A stretch of DNA of 64,000 nucleotides. It comes from an uncultured Acidimicrobiia bacterium. GTDB lineage: Bacteria; Actinomycetota; Acidimicrobiia; Acidimicrobiales; JACDCH01. The notes beneath the pieces are model-generated. The model did not search any database, was not told the origin of the DNA, and saw only the letters and a list, made by a program, of their open reading frames with translations. Each line of letters opens with the position of its first letter. Positions within the stretch are counted from its first letter, which is position 1. The translations under genes were made by a program, and so were the position numbers. Where the stretch lies: contig CAWGFA010000026.1 of the NCBI GenBank assembly GCA_963821725.1, positions 13,906 through 77,905 on the forward strand, in the 5' to 3' direction. Shown here in pieces: positions 1 through 7,788 of this stretch.

Positions 1-1
1 G

Positions 2-956
2 ACCGTGGCCGAAGCGGTGCGGCAGATGTGGCCGCAGTCGGGTGGGCAGCAACTCGACGGTGTCCTGTACCTCGACCCGGAGACGTTGGCGGCGTTGATG
101 CGCCTGACCGGGCCAGTGACCGTGCCCGGCTACGACCAGCCCCTCACTGCCGACACCGCGGCGACGTTCCTCTTGCGCGATCAATACACGCTGTTCCCGG
201 ATGACGACCGGCACGAGTTCCTCGTCGACACGTCGAAGACGGTGTTCAAGAAGCTGACGTCGGGAACGCTGCCGCCGCCCAAGAAGATCGCCGACACGCT
301 GGCGCCTGCCGTCGCTGAGCGACGGCTCATGCTGCACAGCTTCCATCCCGACGAGCAGGCGTTTTTCGGGCGCTTGGGCATCGACGGTGCCCTGCCGCCG
401 GTCGACGGCGACTTCCTGTCCGTCGCGCGCATCGAATCGCGGACTCAACAAGATCGACTCGTTCATGCGCCGGACCGTGAGCGACGACGTGACCGTCGAC
501 CCCGCACACAACACCGTGCACGCCACCGTCACGGTGACCGTGCACAACGATGCACCCGCATCAGGGCTTCCCGACACGGTCATCGCCAATCACCGCGGCA
601 AACCCGCGGGAACGAACTCGACCACCGTCGCCGTGTCGACGCCGCTGAAGCTCGTCGACGTCAAGCGAAACGGGAGATCTGTTCCACGCGGCGCGAACCA
701 GGAGTACGGACGCTGGGCGTACACGGCACTTGTCGATGTCCCGCCGGGAGCGGACAGAACGGTGCGGTTCGATCTCGAGGGAACCATCGACGTCCACGAC
801 GGCTACCGGCTCGACGTCGTCCCGCAACCGCTCGTCAATCCGGACCATCTCGATGTCAACGTCCACGCCGCCTCCGGTTGGAAGGTCGACAGCGGTGGGA
901 CACACGCTGCTGATCTGCGCGAATCGGCGATCGTTCTCGCATCGTTCTCACACTGA
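2..956 (+). CDS. DUF4012-family protein, C-terminal ~315 aa (5' end lies left of the window); frame break near 440
   Basis: ORF 5..913 is protein-like only to ...DGDFLSVARIES. The sense then continues in ORF 387..956 (GLNKIDSFMRRTV...DLEGTIDVHDGYRLDVVPQP). LDGVLYLDPETLAALMRLTGPVTVPG and the KID segment match my memory of actinobacterial DUF4012 proteins. Confidence 0.65.
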
Positions 957-1082
957 CCACTCCCTGACACGGCGCTCATCACGCACATTTCGTGCAAACG
1001 GCGCTGTGACTCGTACGGAGGTGGACCGCGATGCGCGGTCTCGGTCATACTGCCTGCGGTCCCGCTCGCGGGAGCGGTTGCA

Positions 1083-1581
1083 ATGGGGGTTCACCGCTCG
1101 ATGATGCGACGAGTAGTCCTGATCGCCAGTTTGATCACGGCAACGTTCTTCGTGTTCGCAGGTCCGGCTCGCGCCGCCGACTACGGCGGCTGCAGCGTGA
1201 CTGCGTCGAAGACGAACGTCGCTCCGGGCGACACGATCACGATCAGCGGATCCGGTGCGAGACCCAACAGCACGGTGACCGCGGCGATCAACGGAACGAC
1301 GCATCGGCTCGGGCACGGCCAGCGCGACCGGCAGCTTCAGCTTCACCGTGACGGTTCCGTCCGATGTCTCCGGCACGGTCACGGTTGCGGTCAGCGACGG
1401 AAGCACTGCTGATGTCGGGTCGGTGACGCTCACGGTCGCAAGCACGTCGGCTCAGCCGCTCGCGCGAACCGGCTCGTCCGACGCGGTTCCTGCGACGACG
1501 ATCGCCATCGGTCTCATCACCGCCGGCGCCGTTGCCCTCGGCCTCTCTCGGCGCCGCCGGCACGGTACGACCGCGGCGTAG
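1083..1581 (+). CDS. Secreted cell-wall-anchored protein with LAXTG sorting signal; frame break near 1300
   Basis: ORF 1083..1412 carries the signal peptide MMRRVVLIASLITATFFVFAGPARA. Sense jumps near 1300 (NGTT / IGSGTASATGSFSFTV) into ORF 1348..1581. That ORF ends LARTG + hydrophobic segment + RRRRH, the LAXTG signal used by class E sortases. Confidence 0.7.
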
Positions 1582-1585
1582 AGCA

Positions 1586-1634
1586 CGAACTCCGGGTCGA
1601 TTCCGGGGCCATGGCCCCGGAATCGAGCCAACAT
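1586..1634. repeat. 49-nt palindromic intergenic element, copy A (second copy at 32905-32953)
   Basis: Sequence CGAACTCCGGGTCGATTCCGGGGCCATGGCCCCGGAATCGAGCCAACAT. The core 1597-1626 is a perfect 14+2+14 palindrome. Copy B matches at 44 of 49 positions, same orientation. Confidence 0.8.
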
Positions 1635-1695
1635 CTCCCCGACATCCGTCCGAGCACCGAGCCCGTGACGCGACACGAGCGGTACTGTCCGACGC

Positions 1696-2401
1696 ATGTC
1701 CGATGCCATGGTGGCCGAGACGGTGTCGATCACCGGTCACAACGGCGACGAGGTCGAGGCGTACTTCGCCCGGCCGCTGGACGGCTCCGATCAGCCGAGC
1801 GTCGTGGTGATCCACCACATGCCCGGGTACGACCGGTCGTCGAAGGAGATCGTGCGCACGTTCGGGGTGTACGGCTACGCCGCGTTGATGCCGAACCTGC
1901 ACCACCGCTACGCGCCCGGGGCGAAGGCAAGCGACGCCGCCGCGGCCGCACGCGGAAGCCGGCGGCGTGCCCGACGAGCAGTGCCGCGGTGACGTGGCCG
2001 GAGCGATGGAGATGCTGCGGGCCCGGCCCGAGGCAAACGGCAAGGTCGGCGTCATCGGCTACTGCTCGGGGGGACGCCAGGCGTTCATGATCGCGTGCAC
2101 CCTCGACCCGGATGCTGCGGTGGACTGCTACGGGGGCCGGGCCGACATCAGCCTCGCGCCCGACCTGCGGTGCCCGTTGCTCGGTCTGTTCGGCAAGGAC
2201 GACCAGAACCCGTCGCCGGACGACGTCGCGGCGATGGCCAAGGAACTCGAGGTCAACGGCAAGGACTTCGAGTTCCATTCGTACGACGACGCCGGCCACG
2301 CGTTCTTCTCGGTCGACCGACCGATGTTCCGGGTCGAGGCGACGAAGGACGGATGGAAGCAGGTCTGGAAGTTCTTCGACGCCCACCTCAAGGGGACCTG
2401 A
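1696..2401 (+). CDS. Dienelactone hydrolase family protein; frame break near 1951
   Basis: ORF 1696..1992 (VVVIHHMPGYDRSSKEIVRTFG) joins ORF 1967..2401 (GVIGYCSGGRQAF...DDAGHAFF). It has the G-x-C-x-G nucleophile elbow and C-terminal His typical of the family. Confidence 0.75.
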
Positions 2402-3097
2402 CTCGCCGCACTGTGGCTCGAATGTTGGTGCTCAGACGCGCCAGCGAGCGCAGCGACTCGAGGTCGACGACGACGATGCTCCGGCGATCGGTGGTGATCA
2501 GTCCTTGCCGGCGCAGCAGCCCCAGCGCACGAGCAACGGCTTCGCGCGACGAGCCGGTCCATCCCGCGAGCTCGCTCTGTGACAGCGGCAGTGTGATCCG
2601 CACGCCGTCGGACGACGACGACGCCGTGCTCGTCGGCGAGCTGGACCAGGCGGCGGGCGACGCGCCCGGCCGTGTCGTAGGCGCCGAACTCGAGCCGCTG
2701 CCGGTCGGCGTCACGAAGCTTGGCGACGACGGTGCGCAGCAGGACGGCGGCAATCTCGCGGTTGCGCCCTCAGCAGCTCCATGAACCGGTCGGCCGTGAC
2801 GAGGACGACCTTTGCCGGCTCGATGGCCGACACCGTGGCCGAGCGCGGCGAGCCGTCGAACAGCGACAGCTCGCCGATGAGATCGCCGGGGCCCCGGAAG
2901 GCGAGCACGGTGTCGTATCCCTCGGCGGACGTGGACACGACCTTGAGCCGTCCGGCCAGTACCACGACCGCGAACTCGGAGGGATCGCCTTCGCAGAAGA
3001 CGACGTCACCGGTCGCGTACGCCCGGGTGCGCCCGAGCCGCGAGCACCGCCTCGCGACGCGTTGCGCTGAGGCGCGGCCATGAACCCGTACTGCCAC
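2388..3097 (-). CDS. Crp/Fnr-family transcriptional regulator (cNMP-binding domain + C-terminal HTH); frame breaks near 2759 and 2610
   Basis: ORF 2711..3097 holds the cNMP-binding part (VFCEGDPSEFAVVVLAGRLKV...GPGDLIGELSLFDGSPRSATV). The middle (EIAAVLLRTVVAKLRDADRQRLEFGAYDTAGRVARRLVQLADEHG) reads in the third frame. The HTH (ITLPLSQSELAGWTGSSREAVARALGLLRRQGLI) is in ORF 2388..2753. Confidence 0.75.
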
Positions 3098-3190
3098 GCC
3101 GGTTCATTCGGGTTGGGGCGAGACGGCACGCCCAGAGTCTCGCGTCGAGGGCGCGCTGGCGGCTCCCTCGCACCAGCCTTGTCTCTCGCG

Positions 3191-3420
3191 CACATTGTCG
3201 ACTGAGCCACGTAAACGGGTAGCTGAGTCGACACAAAGGCGTCGCGAACGGTGTCTGTGTCGACTGAGCGACGGGATCGGTGGCTGAGCTGACACAGACG
3301 CGTGGCGTGATGTCTGTGTCGACTGAGCCACGGAATCCGTCGCCGAGTCGACACAGACGCGACCGCTCCACGGTCTGTGTCGATACAGCCACCGATTTCG
3401 GTGGCTGTATCGACAATGTG
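3191..3420. repeat. Array of four tandem ~60-bp palindromic units (8 arms, consensus GTCTGTGTCGACTGAGC), dyad-symmetric about 3305.5
   Basis: Arm pairs lie at 3191-3207/3222-3238, 3253-3269/3283-3299, 3312-3328/3342-3358 and 3373-3389/3404-3420. Perfect stems: 3312-3323 with 3347-3358, and 3380-3395 with 3398-3413. The region is intergenic and only GC-shadow ORFs cross it. Confidence 0.9.
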
Positions 3421-3452
3421 CGCGAAGAGGGGGGGCGGGGTCGCGGGTGCGG

Positions 3453-4670
3453 CTACAGCAGGTCGGCGATCATCGCCGCCGCCCGGGCCGCGCCGTCGGT
3501 GGCAACCGGCTCGTAGCCACCGTTCGACCGATCTCGGCCGCGATCGCTGTCGGCGATCGACTCGGGCGTGGACGTCGCAAAGTCCATGCACCGCCCGGCG
3601 CGGTAGCGGTCGAGTCGGTGGCGGACGTGGAAGCTCTGCTCGAAGTGATGCGCGAGCGGGAAGTACAGGAACGGGCGCTGGTTGGCGGTCAGCTCCATGC
3701 ACGTGGTGAGCCCTCCCTGCACGATGCCGAGGTCGCACGCCGCGAGATATCGGTACAGGTCCGGCACGAACGCACGCACTTCGAGCCCGGCGGGCGGATC
3801 GGTCCCGATCAACGAAGCAGGGTCGATGCGCGGCCCGGCGACCACGACCATGCGCAACTCCGGAATCTGCTCGCTGCGCCAGCGCGAAACGACTCGATGA
3901 CCTTGCGCAGCAACGGCCGGCCGACCGCGGTGCCGCCCACGCTCACCACGCACACCAACTCGTCGGGCTGCCAGCCGAACGCGGCCCGCAACGCCGGGCC
4001 GGTCGGACGGGTCGACTGGATCGAACCCGGTGACGTAGCCGGCGAAGTCGAAGTTGGCCTCGGTCCACTCGCGGACGCCGGGCAGGTTCGAGCCGAGCAG
4101 GTCGGGAACGAGGTCGCTCGCGTCGCCCACGAAGATCGAACGGTCGCGGACACGGCGGAAGCGATCGACTTGCTCGATCATCTCGGCGTTGAACTCGGCG
4201 GTGAGGAACGCCTCCCGTTCGCCGCCGTCGGGCATCGGCAGCATGCCGACGAAGTCGGTCATCCACACGAACGAGGTGTGCTTCAACTCCGGGTTCTCGT
4301 GCAGGAAGAAGTCGACGTCCCAGGCCTCGTCGCCGATCACGACGTCGTACGGCTCGCCCTCGAGCAGGTCGTGGAAGACCCCGAAGTTGTGCACGAGGAT
4401 CTCGTCCATGTTGCGCAACGCGTGGAACGCGTGCAGGTCGTGCTCGGCGGATTCACCTTCGAAGTGCGACGACTCGTTGGCGAGCGCCGCGGCGGCCGGG
4501 TGGACGCGCTCGCCACGCGACTCGAGCAGCGTGCTCACCGGATGCTGCGTGAGCCAATCGACGTCGAGATCGGGACGGAGTTTGCGCAACTGGTCGGCGA
4601 TCGCCAGGTCGCGACGAGCGTGACCGAGCCCGATCGGCGACGAGAGATAGAGCGCCCGCTTCGGGCGCAC
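3453..4670 (-). CDS. GT-B fold glycosyltransferase (MurG/GT28-like), paralogue 1; at least 4 frame breaks (~3995, ~3876, compensating pair ~3549/~3518)
   Basis: ORF 3453..4865 from VRPKRALYLSSPIGLGHARRDLAIADQL to GGLTTCMELTANQRPFLYFPLAHHFEQ...DGAARAAAMIADLL. An internal stretch is readable only in ORF 3809..4153 (ALRAAFGWQPDELVCVVSVGGTAVGRPLLRKVIESF). About 65-70% identical by eye to the copy at 5601-6834. A possible GTG start is at 4670. Confidence 0.75.
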   Translation of the reverse strand: MRPKRALYLSSPIGLGHARRDLAIADQLRKLRPDLDVDWLTQHPVSTLLESRGERVHPAAAALANESSHFEGESAEHDLHAFHALRNMDEILVHNFGVFHDLLEGEPYDVVIGDEAWDVDFFLHENPELKHTSFVWMTDFVGMLPMPDGGEREAFLTAEFNAEMIEQVDRFRRVRDRSIFVGDASDLVPDLLGSNLPGVREWTEANFDFAGYVTGFDPVDPSDRPGVAGRVRLAARRVGVRGERGRHRGRPAVAAQGHRVVSRWRSEQIPELRMVVVAGPRIDPASLIGTDPPAGLEVRAFVPDLYRYLAACDLGIVQGGLTTCMELTANQRPFLYFPLAHHFEQSFHVRHRLDRYRAGRCMDFATSTPESIADSDRGRDRSNGGYEPVATDGAARAAAMIADLL

Positions 4671-5604
4671 CAGCGCGCGCGTCCACGTGCGTTGCCGAGC
4701 GGGCGCGCGGCAGCACGCGGTCGACGAAGTCGCGCACGAGGAGGTTGAGCCGCACCGGTTCGGCCGGGACGTGACCGTTGCCCTCCATCTCGACGAGATC
4801 CCACCCGTACATCCGCGACGCGGCCCGGCTCCACTCGATCGGGCAGATCGCGTCCTCCGTGCCATGGATGATCGAGCACGGGGCAGTGCACCAGGTCGCA
4901 GATCTGCGCGAGAGAGCGGCGCCTGACGTCTCGCCCGTCGCTTCCTCCGTCAGTCCTGACCCGACGTACGTGTTCGCCACGACGACGCACCAGAGCCTTC
5001 GAGGCCCCATTCGACGAAGTCGTCGACCATCTTGTGCTCGTAGGGCTCGCTGATGCACGAGCCGCATCCAGGTGTCGACGTAGTCGGCGTACCGCTCGAT
5101 CATGAAGGCACGGTTCGACCGCGCTGTGCCCTCGTAGTCGCGCGAGCGGCGCGTGGAAGTGCTCACCGCTCAGGATCGGGCTCTCGTACGGCTCGGCGAC
5201 CGGGAGCAGCGGCCCCATGAGCACGATCCCGGCCACCCGATCGGGTGCCATGGCGTTCGCGATCAGGATCGGCGCGGTCGTCCACGACGTCGCGTGCAGG
5301 ACGGCCCGCTCGACGCCCACCTCGTCGAGCACGGCCAGGGTGTCTTCGCGCGGCCAGCGACGCGCCATAGGCCTGCCGGGTCGTCGGGTCGGTCGGACCG
5401 ACCGTTGCCTCGGGGGTCGATCGTGATCACGCGGTAGTGGCGCGACAGCCAGGGCGCGTAGGTCTTTGCCGCCCGCGCGTGGATGACCGGATTGCTCGGG
5501 CCGATGCAGATCGTTCGGTCGTGGTCGGCTCCGAAGACCTCGTACGCGACCTTGACTCCGTCGCGATCGACGAAGGCGGCGATGTCCGGCTCACGCGCTC
5601 TCAC
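4671..5604 (-). pseudogene. Alpha/beta hydrolase, paralogue 1, heavily disrupted (at least 5-6 frame breaks in ~930 bp)
   Basis: Pieces are spread over ORFs 5263..5604 (MRAREPDIAAFVDRDGVKVAYEVFG...GNGRSDRP), 4535..5368 (TLAVLDEVGVERAVLHATSW...), 4453..5166 (RSRDYEGTARSNRAFMIERYADYVDTWMRLVHQ; CSIIHGTEDAICP...LLVRDFVDRVLP) and a third frame (EPYEHKMVDDFVEWGLEG). It is collinear with the intact copy at 6835-7750. The GTG start at 5604 overlaps the GT2 stop (GTGA). Confidence 0.6.
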
Positions 5605-6834
5605 AGCAGCTCACCGATCAGCGCGGCCGCGCGCGCGGCGCCGTCCGTCTCGACTGGAGCGTACGAAGCGCCACGAGCACCGTCGAGCTCAGCGGCGATG
5701 GCTGCAGGCGATGTCGTCCTCGGTCGAGCTCGCGTAGTCCATGCACCGACCCGCGCCATGACGTTCGAGACGGTGGCGCACATGGAAGTTCTGCTCGAAG
5801 TGGTGCGCGAGCGGGAAGTAGAGGAAGGGACGGCGATTGGCGGTGAGCTCCATGCAGGTCGTGAGCCCGCCTTGCACGACCGCGATGTCGCAGGCGGCGA
5901 GGTGCTTGTACAGATCGGGGACGTACGCGCGCACATCCACACCGTCCGGCGCATCGATCGCGTCGGGATCGATGCGCGGACCGGCGACGGCGACCGTGCG
6001 GAGTCCCGGAACCCGTTCGGCGGCGTCCTCGTGCGCGCCGATGACCTTGCGCAGCAGTGCGCTTCCGATGCCGGATCCGCCGACCGTGACGATGCACACC
6101 TTCTCGTCCGGTCGATAGCCGAGGTCGGCGCGCAGCGCGTCGCGGTCGGCGAACTCCTTCGGGTCGAAGCCGGTGACGTAGCCGCAGAAGTCGAAGTTCG
6201 ATTCGGTCCACGATCGGATCGGACCCAACCCCGGGCCGAACTCGGCAGGCACGACATCGTCGGGAGCTCCGACGAAGATCGAGCGGTCGCGGACGCGGCG
6301 ATACCGGGCGACCTGTTCGATCATCTCCGCGTTGTAGTCGGCGGTGATGGCCGCCTCTTGGTCGCCGCCGTCGGGCATCGGCAGCCAGCCGACGAAGTCG
6401 GTCATCCATACGAACGGCGCCCGCTTGAGCTCGGGGTTCTCGTGCAGGAAGTAGTCGAGGTCCCAGGCCTCGTCGCCGATCCACAGGTCGTAGGGCTCCG
6501 CGTTCACGACGTCGTCGAAGACCATGAAATTGTTGACGAGGATCTCGTCCATCCGCCGCACGGCTTGGAACGCGTGCAGGTCGTGCTCGTGACTCTCGTC
6601 GGTGATGTGGGCCGACTCGCTCGCCAGCAGTCGCGACGCAGGGTGGACGCACTCGCCGTGGGCTTCGAGCACCGACGTGACCGGCGGCTGGGCCAGCCAG
6701 TCGATGTGCAGGTCCGGATGGATGGTGCGCAACTCGTCGGCGATCGCGACATCTCGCTGCGCGTGACCCAGGCCGATCGGCGACGAGATGTAGAGCGCCC
6801 GCTTCGGCCGGCGAAGCGCGCGCGTCCAGGTGCG
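5601..6834 (-). CDS. GT-B fold glycosyltransferase (MurG/GT28-like), paralogue 2; frame break ~5706; no start codon ahead of the conserved N-terminus
   Basis: ORF 5689..6732 (…HPDLHIDWLAQPPV...GGLTTCMELTANRRPFLYFPLAHHFEQNFHVRHRLERHGAGRCMDY) plus the C-terminus in ORF 5601..6257 (AAIAAELDGARGASYAPVETDGAARAAALIGELL). Upstream in the same frame reads RTWTRALRRPKRALYISSPIGLGHAQRDVAIADE back to a TGA at 6862-6864, with no ATG/GTG/TTG. Confidence 0.8.
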
Positions 6835-7750
6835 GTGTCGCGGTTGGGATGGCCTCCGCGGTCACTCGGACGATGAAGTCGCGCAGCACACGGTTGACGA
6901 AGACCGGCTCGCGTGCGGGCTGGCTGTGGCCGCCCCCTTCGACCGTGATGAACGTTCCGCCGGTGAGGTCGGCGAGCCGCACACTGTTCGAGTGCGGGAT
7001 GATCCGGTCGTCCGTGCCGTGCACGATCAGCAGGGGGCAGCGAATCGACCGGCACATCGTCTCGGCGGCGGCGCGATCGGCGATCGCCGGCGTCGCGTCG
7101 CGGGTGTGCACCAGCGTGTCGCCGTCGGTGTCGTGGCCCCACCCGACGGAATCCTCGATCGGCTTGGTCGAGTGCGGCTCGCTGAAGACCTGGCGGAAGA
7201 AGAACTGCAGGAAGTCGTCGTAGTCCCGCACCCAGTGATGCCGGTTGTACTTGGCCCATCCCTCGTACTCGTCGAGCTCGACGTCGAACGGGGCGGTGGG
7301 CCTGCCCTCCGGCTCGTCCGCCGGCTTGGCCTCGCCGTCGCGCAGATGCGGCACCGCAGCGCCGAAGACGGCAGCCGCGAGCACGCGGTCGGGATGGCGG
7401 GATGCGAAGAGCAGCGACCACAGGCCGCCCATCGAGAGTCCGACCAGAACCGCCCGGTCGGTGTCGGTGGCGTCGAGCACAGCGACGCCGTCCTCGACGA
7501 ACTCCATGTCCGCATATGCCTCGGGCTCAGGCGGGCGATCCGAACGGCCGTTGCCGCGCCCGTCGTAGGTGACGACGCGGTAGTGCCGAGCCAGGTAGCC
7601 GACCTGTCCTTTCCACATACGGGAATGCACGATCGACCACGTCGGCATGAGCAGGAGCGTGGGTTGGTTCCCCTCGCCGAACACTTCGTAGGCGACCTTC
7701 ACCCCGTCGCGCTCGACGAACCCCTCGACGTCAGGTTCCCGTGCCCGCAT
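6835..7750 (-). CDS. Alpha/beta hydrolase, paralogue 2 (intact; no in-frame stop before it runs into the GT region)
   Basis: Part of ORF 5618..7822 from MRAREPDVEGFVERDGVKVAYEVFG (ATG at 7750) through GLSMGG (nucleophile elbow) to LLIVHGTDDRIIP...EGGGHSQPAREPVFVNRVLRDFIV. Beyond ~6835 the same frame is only a shadow of the GT gene. Confidence 0.8.
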
Positions 7751-7788
7751 GCCTGGAATCCTCCTCGCCCTCGAGTGCCGCGTCGATG

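Noticed and set aside
1593-1607. GGGTCGATTCCGG resembling a tRNA T-arm (a tRNA fragment)
   Set aside because: The flanking bases cannot form the T-stem (CCGGG/CGGGG do not pair). There is no acceptor, D or anticodon arm upstream. The sequence is simply one half of a long palindrome.
3191-3420. CRISPR array
   Set aside because: The repeats alternate in orientation (palindromic units). The intervening pieces are only 13-16 nt, there are only four units, and no cas genes are present in the window.
2770-3738. 322-aa minus-strand ORF spanning the Crp 5' region, the repeat array and the GT 3' end
   Set aside because: It crosses an obviously non-coding palindromic array, has shadow-type composition, and overlaps two genes that have real motifs in other frames.
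3447-4748. Long plus-strand ORFs antisense to the glycosyltransferases (3447..4748 and 5437..6876). Similar shadows occur at 19380..20924, 20919..22343, 43734..45335 and 61946..63505.
   Set aside because: They have GC-shadow composition (very high Arg/Gly/Ala/Pro/Val, no recognisable motifs). Each lies opposite a gene with clear family motifs.
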